DNA of 64,000 bases from Bacteroidota bacterium (GCA_019638695.1 JAHBTG010000007.1:482-64481), one strand, 5' to 3'. Numbered from the stretch's first letter, positions 54,209-62,565 are shown. Translations and numbers: made by a program. The notes: generated from the sequence alone by a model not told the origin.

Positions 54209-54243
54209 AAAAAATGAGAGAGGGCGGCCAAAGCCACCCTCTC
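54209..54243 (-). terminator. intrinsic terminator after the lipoprotein gene, upstream of nuoN
   Basis: The minus strand reads GAGAGGGTGGC-TTTG-GCCGCCCTCTC (one mismatch) followed by TCATTTTTT. Confidence 0.65.
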
Positions 54244-54273
54244 CGTATCAGTTATCAATAACTCGATTTAGCC

Positions 54274-55119
54274 TTAAGGAATATGCTGACGAATGTCGGT
54301 AGAAATTTGCCCAAAACCAAACCAGGCCGTTTGATTTTTCCCGGCAAAGGTAAATTCTACCAATGCGCCTCCCCTTTCCGGGTCGTTTTTCAATACGGTG
54401 CCGGGACGGAACAGCCCGGCCACCGGTATCTCTACCCGCTGCTCTGCCTGCAGCCTGGGGACCGCCAGCATCAGGCGGCAATTGCCGCCTGCTTCCTGCC
54501 TCAGGGTGTGCAGATGTGTATATATAACATAGGTGTCTCCCAGCCGGTAGAGCAGGATGCCGGGTGCCCAGCCATGCGGCGTTTCATACCGCAGGGGGGC
54601 GCCTGCCAGGTGCAGGGAATCTATAGGTTGGAGCCACTGGGGCATCATATTGCGGACCAGTTGTGGAAGCATACTCCCTGGCCATGATGGCCATATCCAG
54701 TATGATTTCCCTTCCTGGTGCCATACCTGGGAGAGGAGATGCGTGTGTGTATCAAAGGTCAACATGAAAGGTGTCCTGAGGGTGGTATCCGTACCCAAAG
54801 GCAGCACCGCATGTGCCCGCAGAGTATCCTGCTTCTGGGCATTTTCTCGCTGCACAATCACCCAGTTGTCCTTCAGTACCTTTTCTACCCGTGTGCTGTA
54901 ATAATCTATGGGACTATCCGCATCCCTGGCGAATGCATGCAGGGCCCTTGCAGTAGGCGCCAGCACCCATTGCCCGGCTTGCAGGGGGGGATGGGGCACC
55001 GGCCAGGGTAGGCCCGCCCCCTGTATGGGGGGTGTGCGCGCAGGGGAAGATCCTTCTTCCTCTGCGCAGGCCGTCCACAACAGGAGCAGGCATCCGGATA
55101 ACAGGATAATACGGTGCAT
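54274..55119 (-). CDS. hypothetical lipoprotein
   Basis: The internal ATG at 55119 gives MHRIILLSGCLLLLWTACAEEE, a signal peptide with a lipobox. This gives 281 aa. The remainder of the 696-aa track ORF (55120-56364) is antisense to nuoG and rejected. Confidence 0.6.
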   Translation of the reverse strand: MHRIILLSGCLLLLWTACAEEEGSSPARTPPIQGAGLPWPVPHPPLQAGQWVLAPTARALHAFARDADSPIDYYSTRVEKVLKDNWVIVQRENAQKQDTLRAHAVLPLGTDTTLRTPFMLTFDTHTHLLSQVWHQEGKSYWIWPSWPGSMLPQLVRNMMPQWLQPIDSLHLAGAPLRYETPHGWAPGILLYRLGDTYVIYTHLHTLRQEAGGNCRLMLAVPRLQAEQRVEIPVAGLFRPGTVLKNDPERGGALVEFTFAGKNQTAWFGFGQISTDIRQHIP

Positions 55120-55224
55120 GACGAACGTTTTTTGCCCCCGCAAACTATTGGCTTTTGCGCAATCTTTGTGCTTGATGTTAGGTTTTTGTAATAAATTGCA
55201 TGCGTTCTGAAATCTTCCTGATTT

Positions 55225-56931
55225 ATGCCTCAAATTATCATAGACGGTAAAGCCTACGCATATGAGGGCCAGCACAAGTTGCTTCCCTTTGCTTTGGAAC
55301 AGGGTGTGGAAATTCCTTATTTCTGCTGGCACCCTGCCATGAGCGCGCCTACCAACTGCCGTATGTGCCTGGTAGAGGTGGGTTTCCCTGTCAAGAACCG
55401 CGAGACCGGGGAGCTGGAGCGCGACGAACAGGGCGAAGTGAAGGTCATGTGGGGCCGTAAGCCTGCCACCAGCTGTAACCAGGATCTGGTGCCGGATATG
55501 GTGGTGCGCACGGCCAGTACCAGTCCCGAGATCAAAAAAGCACAGGAAGGCGTGCTGGAGTTTATCCTGGGGAATCACCCGCTGGATTGCCCCATCTGCG
55601 ACCAGGCCGGCGAGTGCCCGCTTCAGATCAATACCTATAAGTTTGGGCCTGAAGGCAGCCGCTTTGAGCTGAATAAGGTGCACAAACCCAAACGCATAGC
55701 CCTGGGGCCTCGCGTGACGCTGGATGCCGAGCGTTGTATCAATTGTACCCGCTGCACCCGCTTTACAGAGGAGATCAGCAAGACCAACCAGCTTTCTATC
55801 GTCAACCGCGGAGAGCTGAACTTCCCCTCTGCCGGTCCGGGCAAAACCTTCGACGATCATTATTCCATGAATACCGTGGATATCTGCCCGGTGGGTGCCC
55901 TCACCAGTACGGACTTCCGCTTCAAAGCCCGCGTATGGGAGATGAACTACACCCCCAATGTGTGCACGGGTTGCAGCAAGGCTTGCAGCATTGACGTGTG
56001 GGTGAGGGATAACGAGGTGATGCGCATCACTCCCCGTGAGAACAAACGCATCAACGACTACTGGATGTGCGACAACGGCCGCCTGGATTATATGCGTTAT
56101 AACCTGAACCGTGTGTCGGGTATCAAGCTCCAGGACGATATTCCGGTGCCGCATAAAGACGGCCTGACCCAGGCGGCGGACCTGCTGGCCCGCCACCGCG
56201 GCCGGGTGCTGTTCGTGGGTTCCGGTTACTCTTCCCTGGAAAATAACTATGTACTCCAGCAGCTGGCGGCACACCAGGGCGTCAATGAGGTGGTATACCT
56301 GCCCGAAGTGATACCCGGCATAGATGATGGCTTCCTGCGCAAGGATGACCGCCTGGTCAACCATACCGCTATCAAAATGCTGGGATTCGTTCCCCTGAAC
56401 GACCAGGAGATGCAGGCCCGCATACAGCAGGCCGGCCTGGTAGTGGTAATGGAAGATAATCGTGTGGCAGATTTAGCGGTGAAGAGTGGAAAATCCACCC
56501 TGGTCCTGGCCACTAACTACTTTGAAGGAGCCAACCAGGCTGCTATGATCCTGCCTGCCGCCACTCACTTTGAAATGGCCGGCACGTATATCAACTGCGA
56601 CAATGTGCCGCAGCTGAGCATGCAGGCCAAGCAGGTGCGCCAGATGACTCCCGAAATGTGGATGGCCATGCCCAAAAGCCGCCTGGATGCCGGCGGAGTG
56701 GCAATAGACAACTGGCGGAATCCTGATCACATTGTAGACTGCCTGCCTTCCTGGCTGATGCTCAATGCCATAGCGGCTCTCCTGGGCCTGGAACTGCCTT
56801 ACAGCACGCACAAGGAACTGTATACGCACCTCAAGCACAAATATGCCGACGCCCTCTCCGGCCTGGAACTGCCCCGCCGCAACCGCAAGGAGTCCTTTAA
56901 GCAGAGCCAGTTCGAGTTTGCCATTGGCTGA
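55225..56931 (+). CDS. nuoG: NuoG-like 2Fe-2S/4Fe-4S iron-sulfur protein (NADH dehydrogenase subunit G family)
   Basis: 568 aa. There is an N-terminal 2Fe-2S ferredoxin-like fold (IIIDGKAY...FCWHPAMSAPTNCRMCLVEV...SC), the His-ligated cluster motif HPLDCPICDQAGEC and the 4Fe-4S motif RCINCTRCTRF...DICPVGAL. Confidence 0.85.
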   Translation: MPQIIIDGKAYAYEGQHKLLPFALEQGVEIPYFCWHPAMSAPTNCRMCLVEVGFPVKNRETGELERDEQGEVKVMWGRKPATSCNQDLVPDMVVRTASTSPEIKKAQEGVLEFILGNHPLDCPICDQAGECPLQINTYKFGPEGSRFELNKVHKPKRIALGPRVTLDAERCINCTRCTRFTEEISKTNQLSIVNRGELNFPSAGPGKTFDDHYSMNTVDICPVGALTSTDFRFKARVWEMNYTPNVCTGCSKACSIDVWVRDNEVMRITPRENKRINDYWMCDNGRLDYMRYNLNRVSGIKLQDDIPVPHKDGLTQAADLLARHRGRVLFVGSGYSSLENNYVLQQLAAHQGVNEVVYLPEVIPGIDDGFLRKDDRLVNHTAIKMLGFVPLNDQEMQARIQQAGLVVVMEDNRVADLAVKSGKSTLVLATNYFEGANQAAMILPAATHFEMAGTYINCDNVPQLSMQAKQVRQMTPEMWMAMPKSRLDAGGVAIDNWRNPDHIVDCLPSWLMLNAIAALLGLELPYSTHKELYTHLKHKYADALSGLELPRRNRKESFKQSQFEFAIG

Positions 56932-56934
56932 GCC

Positions 56935-57249
56935 ATGCGTCCGGGCCTTCTCCTGCTGGTGATCCTGCTCTGCTGGGCAGGAAGTTCCGGTTGCGGTAAA
57001 AGCCGCAAGCTGTCCCGGGCGGATGTTCCCGGGCAAACCGAGGGCACTACTCCCCCCAGAGATCTGGATACACTTATCCGTGTGTGTCCCGAGGCATGGT
57101 ATATCAATGCTATGCCGGTTGCAGGAGAGCCTGCCGGGCAGCCTCCGCGCGAGTACCTGGTTATTGGAGGGAGACGGGTGGAAATTGTGCAGGCGGATAC
57201 AGCCTGGATATTGCAGCATTGCGATGTGCTCAAAGAAGTGATCTATTAG
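56935..57249 (+). CDS. small hypothetical lipoprotein
   Basis: 104 aa. It starts 3 nt after the nuoG stop and has a lipobox WAGSSGC. Confidence 0.5.
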   Translation: MRPGLLLLVILLCWAGSSGCGKSRKLSRADVPGQTEGTTPPRDLDTLIRVCPEAWYINAMPVAGEPAGQPPREYLVIGGRRVEIVQADTAWILQHCDVLKEVIY

Positions 57250-57259
57250 TGAGATTCCC

Positions 57260-57763
57260 ATGGAAGATTACTATGCTTTCTATCAACTGCCGGAGACCTA
57301 TTACCTGGATGGCACAGAGCTGAAGCGCCGGTTTATGCAGCGTAGCCGGGAGCTGCACCCCGATTTTCATACCCAGGCGGATGCAGAGACCCAGGCCCGC
57401 AACCTACAGCTTAGCAGCCTCAATAACCAGGCGTGGCGCACCCTGCAAGATCCCCGCTTAAGACTGCAGTACCTGCTGCAACGCTATGGGCTGCTGGATG
57501 CCGAAGGGGCTAATCTTAGTGGCATAGAACTGGATGCTGATTTTCTTATGGAGGTGATGGATCTGAATGAGGCTTTGCCGGAGGATCCTGCCGGGGTGCA
57601 GGCCCGTGTGCATGAGTTGTCTGGGCAAGTGCAGCAGGCGCTGGATACTGTGCTTCGCCAGTTTGACTCCGGTGCAGATGCCGCCGCCCGTACCTGTGCG
57701 CTTCGGATGGCCATGCAGCCTTACCTGCGGCTGCGATACCTGCAAAGACTGGCTCAGGTATAA
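57260..57763 (+). CDS. hscB: HscB-like J-domain co-chaperone (Fe-S protein assembly)
   Basis: 167 aa. It has a J-domain with an HPD motif (YYAFYQLPETY...LKRRFMQRSRELHPDF) and a helical C-terminal domain. Confidence 0.75.
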   Translation: MEDYYAFYQLPETYYLDGTELKRRFMQRSRELHPDFHTQADAETQARNLQLSSLNNQAWRTLQDPRLRLQYLLQRYGLLDAEGANLSGIELDADFLMEVMDLNEALPEDPAGVQARVHELSGQVQQALDTVLRQFDSGADAAARTCALRMAMQPYLRLRYLQRLAQV

Positions 57764-57892
57764 TCCCCCCTCTCCCCAGGAAGGAATGCAGAGACTGGCG
57801 CCCGGCGCTTCTGCCCGGTACCGGGATTCTTATTTGTGATTACGTATACTGAAGGTTTGCACTGGGCTCCGTGGCCGGGCAAGTATGGGGTA

Positions 57893-57972
57893 TAAAAAAA
57901 CCCGCTGGCATTACACCAGCGGATTAAACAAACAAACAAACAAATTACTCTACAAGAGGTATCCCTCTTGTG
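57893..57972 (-). ncRNA. candidate small RNA (orphan promoter-to-terminator unit of about 80 nt)
   Basis: The minus strand reads (TAGATTTG)-UGCCUC-ACAAGAGG-GAUA-CCUCUUGU-AGAGUAA-(UUUG)4-UUUAAU-CCGCUGG-UGUAAUG-CCAGCGG-GUUUUUUU. No credible ORF is present. Ends are approximate. Confidence 0.45.
57926..57945. repeat. tetranucleotide microsatellite (AAAC)4 plus an imperfect fifth unit AAAT
   Basis: AAACAAACAAACAAACAAAT, read directly from the sequence. It lies inside the candidate sRNA as (GUUU/UUUG)n. Confidence 0.95.
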
Positions 57973-57977
57973 AGGCA

Positions 57978-58007
57978 CAAATCTACCTATAATAATTGAA
58001 AGCACAA
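57978..58007 (-). promoter_or_regulatory. Bacteroidetes-type promoter (TTG, 19 nt, TAGATTTG) driving the candidate sRNA
   Basis: On the minus strand, TTG lies at 58005-58007 and TAGATTTG at 57978-57985, with an exact 19-nt spacer. An A/T-rich tract lies upstream. Confidence 0.45.
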
Positions 58008-58061
58008 ATGAATTTCATGGCATTTTTTTTATTTTTAATTTGAATTTTAGCCTGCACAGGC

Positions 58062-58091
58062 TTGCACACAAGTGAATAGAACTTATATTTG
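58062..58091 (+). promoter_or_regulatory. Bacteroidetes-type promoter (TTG, 19 nt, TATATTTG) for tRNA-Asp
   Basis: TTG at 58062-58064 and TATATTTG at 58084-58091. The tRNA starts at 58109. Confidence 0.5.
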
Positions 58092-58108
58092 CAACCCTAA
58101 ACTGAATT

Positions 58109-58182
58109 GGTCCGGTAGTTCAGTTGGTTAGAATACATGCCTGTCACGCATGGGGTCGCGGGTTCGAGTCCCGTCCGGACCG
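58109..58182 (+). tRNA. tRNA-Asp (anticodon GTC), CCA not encoded
   Basis: GGTCCGG-TA-GTTC-AGTTGGTTA-GAAT-A-CATGC-CTGTCAC-GCATG-GGGTC-GCGGG-TTCGAGT-CCCGT-CCGGACC-G. The cloverleaf was folded by hand. Confidence 0.9.
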
Positions 58183-58191
58183 CAAAAAGAT

Positions 58192-58218
58192 AAGCCTCCA
58201 TTCCCGGAGGCTTTTTTT
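58192..58218. terminator. intrinsic terminator after tRNA-Asp (bidirectional shape; may also serve the convergent globin operon)
   Basis: AAGCCTCC-ATTCCC-GGAGGCTT followed by TTTTT on the plus strand. An A-run on the 5' side gives a T-run on the minus strand. Confidence 0.75.
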
Positions 58219-58246
58219 ATGACAAGTAAAGTAAAGAGGATCTCTC

Positions 58247-58612
58247 CTATAGCTGCGAGATCTTGTGCTGCATGAGGGCGGCAATATGACGTGCACGGCT
58301 GAGCGCTTCTTCTGCGATTGTGCCGGAAAAGTGCGTAGCCAGCGTAGCTTCGAACAACGTTAGCCAGCGCTCAAAGTGCTGCGGTTCCATGCGCAGGCGG
58401 CGGTGCAGTTCCAGGTGCGGCTGCATGGCATTGCCCCTGTAAGTCCCTGCACCCAATAGCAGGCTTTCCCAGAAGGCATACATGCGGGGCATATGCTCCT
58501 CCATATTCAGGTGCGCAAAGAACGGTGCCAGCAGGGGGTCTGTGGTCACTTGTGCATAAAAACTATCCATCAGCAGACGGATAGCGGCCGGGTTATCGAG
58601 TGCCTGAGTCAT
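58247..58612 (-). CDS. truncated hemoglobin (group III-like globin family protein)
   Basis: 121 aa. LMDSFYAQVTTDPLLAPFFAHLNMEEHMPRMYAFWESLLLG...HFERWLTLFEATL matches the trHb pattern as I recall it. Confidence 0.7.
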   Translation of the reverse strand: MTQALDNPAAIRLLMDSFYAQVTTDPLLAPFFAHLNMEEHMPRMYAFWESLLLGAGTYRGNAMQPHLELHRRLRMEPQHFERWLTLFEATLATHFSGTIAEEALSRARHIAALMQHKISQL

Positions 58613-59057
58613 GTTGAATGAGGTTTTTTCCTAGTAAAACACCGGCCACCAGTAAGGCGACAAGCTTTATACACTCCAGCACAATATAAAGCCAGTGGTG
58701 ATACGTGGCGGTAGCAGATGCTTCCGGATTATTTAATAACACCTCGGCTCTGGTATCCAATATCGGCATGAGCCAAAGTGTTTGCGTAAGCAATATAGCC
58801 AGCAGTGTAGCTAGTATGCCTTGCAGCAGGCAGGGTGGCCAGTATCGCAGGCAGAGCGCCAATGTGAGCAATGCCAGCAGCCATTCCAGCCTGTGGAGGG
58901 CTTGAAACACAATGCGCCCGATACCTAGTCCTAGCGGCAAGGTAATGCCCGGGGCTGTGAACTTGAGGGGAGCTTCCAGGAAGCTGATGGATAGCACCGC
59001 ACCCGCCCAGATAAAGAGCGTGCCGCCCATGAGATATGCTGCCAGGGTGCGTTTCAT
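58593..59057 (-). CDS. membrane protein (4 TM; DUF4149/TMEM205-like?)
   Basis: The internal ATG at 59057 gives MKRTLAAYLMGGTLFIWAGAVLSISFLEAPLKFTAPG... It overlaps the globin gene by 20 nt and the cupin gene stop by 4 nt (ATGA). Confidence 0.6.
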   Translation of the reverse strand: MKRTLAAYLMGGTLFIWAGAVLSISFLEAPLKFTAPGITLPLGLGIGRIVFQALHRLEWLLALLTLALCLRYWPPCLLQGILATLLAILLTQTLWLMPILDTRAEVLLNNPEASATATYHHWLYIVLECIKLVALLVAGVLLGKNLIQHDSGTR

Positions 59058-59335
59058 GCTTTTTGAATCTTTGCCGCTTGCGGTAATATCAGCAGAAAGG
59101 TCGTGGCGCTGGTACAATATACACTGTGCGGTATTTGTGCCGGGATCACCTGTGTCTGGCCTGTGCCGAGATGATGGATGGCATCCGCCAATACAAAGTT
59201 CAGGGTTCCGCTGAGGACCACCAGCAGCCCGGCCGTACTGGTGGTATGCTGGGCCAGCAGATCTCCCGAAGCGGCCTCGGCATGATATACCTTTAGTTCA
59301 GAAGTGCTGTGCTGGAGTTTCATGTGTAGCGCCAT
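59054..59335 (-). CDS. cupin-domain protein
   Basis: The ATG at 59335 gives a protein of about 93 aa. LAQHTTSTAGLLVVLSGTLNFVLADAIHHLGTGQTQVIPAQIPHSV resembles a small single-domain cupin. Confidence 0.55.
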   Translation of the reverse strand: MALHMKLQHSTSELKVYHAEAASGDLLAQHTTSTAGLLVVLSGTLNFVLADAIHHLGTGQTQVIPAQIPHSVYCTSATTFLLILPQAAKIQKA

Positions 59336-59475
59336 AACTTCAATATTATTCCGCCAAGTACGAACTCTGACGGACTCCAAAGTATGAGTTTTATCAGGTT
59401 CTGGAAAAATAAAAGGTCACTACCTTATTTGTATGTGTAAGCGGCATTGGGATTTCCCGGTACAGCTTCCCCGCA

Positions 59476-60708
59476 CTAGATTCCCTGCCGCAGGGCTTCA
59501 ATAGGATCCAGCCGGGCAGCTTTGCGGGCCGGGTAGAGCCCGCTGAAAATACCGATCAGGAAACAGATAAACAGCGAAAGGAAGATCCAGTTCCAGGGCA
59601 TGAAGAAGGCCGTGCCCATGGCTATGCCTACCAATGCACCCAGGCCCAGGCCCAGCAATATGCCCAGGATCCCCCCCACCTGGCAGATGATCACCGCTTC
59701 GGTGAGGAATTGCTGCAGGATGGCCCGGCGTGTGGCGCCCAGGCTTTTGCGCAGCCCTATTTCCATTGTGCGATCACTCACGCTCACCAGCATAATATTC
59801 ATAAGCCCTACGGATGCGCCCAGCAGGGTAATGAGCGCTATGGCAGTGGCCGATAAGGTTAGGATCTGCAGGTTGCTCATCAGGCTGTCTACAAAGCTGT
59901 CGCTTTTGACCACCGCAAAATTATCCGGGGCCGCAGGGTGCAGGCGGCGCACCAGCCGGAATACCCCGCGGGCTTCCTGGATGATGGCATCCAGCCGGGT
60001 GGCATCTTCTGCATAGGCGCTCACATCTATACTGCGGCTCGCACTGGGGAAATCGGCCAGGATGGTAGACATGGGAATGACCACGATCTTGTCTCCTTGG
60101 CTGCCAAAAGCGGTGCCCTTCTCGGCAAAAACCCCTATGACCCGGTACTGTTTGCCACCTATCTGGATGTCTTTGCCCAGCGGGTCCTGGCCCGGGAACA
60201 ACTTCTGGCGGGCAGCTGCGCCTATAACGCATACCTTGCGCAGTTGGTCCAGGTCGTCAGCAGTGAGAAACCGGCCCTCGGCCACGGTATAGCTCTGGGT
60301 GCGCAGGTACTGGGGATCTGTGCCCACCAGGAACAGGTTGCGGTTGGTCACCAGGTGCCCGTACTTGGCTTCCAGGGGCATGCCGCCGGAAGACGAGAGA
60401 CTTACCAGGGCAATGCCGCGCATCCGTTCCTGAAACTCCCGCGCCTGGCTCAGCGTAACAGGCGGGAAAGTGGTGAAGGTATTGCGCCGGCCTATCCGCA
60501 GCGAACCTTCATAGCTCTGGACCTTGAAGGTATTGGCTCCCATGGTGCTGAAGCTGTTGCGCATCCAGTACTTAATACTGTCTATGCTAGTCAGTACCCC
60601 TACGATCGCCATGATGCCAAAGGCAATGATGAGAATCGTAAGCCCCGCCCGCAAGCGGTGCGAACGGATGGCGCGTAATGCCTCGCGGGTATATTCGGCA
60701 AACAGCAT
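59476..60708 (-). CDS. ABC transporter permease, MacB/FtsX-like
   Basis: The internal ATG at 60708 gives [36 protein letters not shown]. It has a MacB-like periplasmic domain and a C-terminal FtsX 3-TM domain (...[20 protein letters not shown]...). No ATPase gene is adjacent. Confidence 0.85.
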   Translation of the reverse strand: MLFAEYTREALRAIRSHRLRAGLTILIIAFGIMAIVGVLTSIDSIKYWMRNSFSTMGANTFKVQSYEGSLRIGRRNTFTTFPPVTLSQAREFQERMRGIALVSLSSSGGMPLEAKYGHLVTNRNLFLVGTDPQYLRTQSYTVAEGRFLTADDLDQLRKVCVIGAAARQKLFPGQDPLGKDIQIGGKQYRVIGVFAEKGTAFGSQGDKIVVIPMSTILADFPSASRSIDVSAYAEDATRLDAIIQEARGVFRLVRRLHPAAPDNFAVVKSDSFVDSLMSNLQILTLSATAIALITLLGASVGLMNIMLVSVSDRTMEIGLRKSLGATRRAILQQFLTEAVIICQVGGILGILLGLGLGALVGIAMGTAFFMPWNWIFLSLFICFLIGIFSGLYPARKAARLDPIEALRQGI

Positions 60709-60765
60709 GCACAAAAATAGGAGCGCCGCCGCCTGCCGGCCAACCGCTCGTACCAATTACAGAAG

Positions 60766-62565
60766 CTATGGCTCCCTTTTGGCTACAGGCGCCTTTCTGC
60801 GGTAGAATACAAAACCGTTGCGTTCTCCCAGTACCTCCAGGTGGGGAAACCATTCTGCTATGCTGGCTTTCTGGGAAACTTTGGCGCAGAAATAGACATC
60901 GCGGTCAATAGCCCCGTGTGCCAGCCAGTTACGTACCTGCTGCAGGTGGGCGTCAAAACCTTCTTCCTGCCCGGCATAGTATTGCGGGTGTGTGGGGCGT
61001 TTCAGGCGGCCATAGAATAGGTGGGCATAGCTTTTATAGCCAAGCGTCATCACATATACTTCCTGGTCGGCCACGGAAGCAAAGAAATCTGTGGCTGCCT
61101 GCTGTGAGTAGCCTGCTATACGGTGCAGATGCCAGGTGCCCAGTGTGCTGGCCGCCAGCATGCAGCCCAGTAAGAGACCCAGCTGACCGCGGATGCACAT
61201 CCCCTGCCGGAAGCGCCAGTAGGCATATCCTGTGGCTGCCAGCAGCAGCACACCCGGCAACACGGTGTACCATGGCCAGTCTACCTGCGCCTGCATGGCC
61301 GCTTGTGCAAAAGGATCCTGCACTAAGTGTGCATATTGACCGATACCCGGTGCAATGAGCGGCAGGAGTGTGAGGGCTGTGCCCAGCAATCCTCCTGTAC
61401 TCAGCAGGACGATGCCCTGCCATTGGCGCCAGACCATGCGTCCCTGCAACGTCTGGTACAGTACATAGGCCGCCAGGAAGCTCAGGGGAAGATAGGCCAT
61501 GCTGCTGTAGTGTACGATCTTGGTCCTGACAACAGAGAACAGGATAAGCACCAGCCATAACAGGATAAGCATCCATTTTTTGAAATTCTGCTGATGCAGG
61601 TGCAATGCCTGATGCGGTGCCAGTGCCCGGAGTGCCAGCACGCTGGCCGGGAAACACAGGAAGAAGACCATTACAAAATGGTAGCCCGGGAAACCCTCAT
61701 GCCCTGCATCGGCAGTGGTCAGCAGGCGTACCTGGTAGACGATAAACTCGCGGATAAACCACCATCCGTTCACCAGCAGCTCGGTACCATACCAGGTGAG
61801 CATAGTGGCCATGCACGCCAATAGAAAGAGGCCCAGGTACCACAAGGGGATAAACTGGCGCCATTGACGGAAATCATAGCGCAGCACGGCCTGCAGTTTG
61901 CCGTGCCGGTACCACCATCCCAGGCGCTGGTTGCGCAGCAACCAGAAAATGCCCAGGGTGCCCGCCAGCAGGATGAGCGCTACCTGTCCTTTGGTAAGCA
62001 CGGCCAGCCCTGCAAAGGCACCGCTGAGTATCAGATAGACATAGGGCCTCAGCCGGAGGAAGAATACCGGGTAGCGCTTGTGCTTCCAGTAGGCGAGGAT
62101 GAAGAACCAGAGGCTAAGGAAAATAAAGAGGTTAAACAGGGGGTCTATAATGCCGCTGCGGAAATAGAGATGCGGTGCCAGTGCGGCGGCATAAGCGCAG
62201 GCCCACAGCAGCCCGAAGCGGCGGCTGAACAGCAAGGTCCCGATATTGTAGATGATCACCAGGGTGGCGATGCCAGTGAGTGCATTGGGCAGCCGGGCGG
62301 CGTATTCATTGACGCCGCAAAGGTGCATGCTCAGGGCCTGCAGCCAGATGAACAGCGGGGGCTTCTCCCAAAAGGGCTTGAAGTCGATCTGCATGCGCAG
62401 CCAGTCTCCGCTCAGCAGCAGTTCGCGGGCCGCTTCTGCAAAGTTGATCTCGTCCCAGTCGAACAGCGGGGCCGTACCCAGGAAAGGCAGGAACAGCAAC
62501 GCGCCCAACAGTACCATCAGCCAGGAACCGCGGCTGCGTAGCTGTTTGGGGCGGGGCAGAGACAT
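60766..62565 (-). CDS. GT39/ArnT-like glycosyltransferase (GT-C fold, polyprenyl-phosphate-sugar dependent)
   Basis: The internal ATG at 62565 gives MSLPRPKQLRSRGSWLMVLLGALLFLPFLGTAPLFDWDEINFAEAAREL...FWEKPPLFIWLQA, which is typical of ArnT/PMT-family enzymes. There are more than 10 TM helices and a soluble C-terminus. Confidence 0.8.
   Translation of the reverse strand: MSLPRPKQLRSRGSWLMVLLGALLFLPFLGTAPLFDWDEINFAEAARELLLSGDWLRMQIDFKPFWEKPPLFIWLQALSMHLCGVNEYAARLPNALTGIATLVIIYNIGTLLFSRRFGLLWACAYAAALAPHLYFRSGIIDPLFNLFIFLSLWFFILAYWKHKRYPVFFLRLRPYVYLILSGAFAGLAVLTKGQVALILLAGTLGIFWLLRNQRLGWWYRHGKLQAVLRYDFRQWRQFIPLWYLGLFLLACMATMLTWYGTELLVNGWWFIREFIVYQVRLLTTADAGHEGFPGYHFVMVFFLCFPASVLALRALAPHQALHLHQQNFKKWMLILLWLVLILFSVVRTKIVHYSSMAYLPLSFLAAYVLYQTLQGRMVWRQWQGIVLLSTGGLLGTALTLLPLIAPGIGQYAHLVQDPFAQAAMQAQVDWPWYTVLPGVLLLAATGYAYWRFRQGMCIRGQLGLLLGCMLAASTLGTWHLHRIAGYSQQAATDFFASVADQEVYVMTLGYKSYAHLFYGRLKRPTHPQYYAGQEEGFDAHLQQVRNWLAHGAIDRDVYFCAKVSQKASIAEWFPHLEVLGERNGFVFYRRKAPVAKREP

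Noticed and set aside
55120-56364. Upstream two thirds of the 696-aa minus-strand ORF 54274..56364
   Set aside because: This part is antisense to the NuoG-like gene, which has clear Fe-S motifs. Only the 3' part, from the ATG at 55119 (signal peptide plus lipobox), is credible as a lipoprotein gene.
57754-58005. 83-aa minus-strand ORF across the hscB/tRNA-Asp intergenic region
   Set aside because: It runs straight through a hairpin plus U7 intrinsic terminator and the tetranucleotide repeat. Its putative start is upstream of the predicted transcription start. The region is better explained as a non-coding transcription unit.
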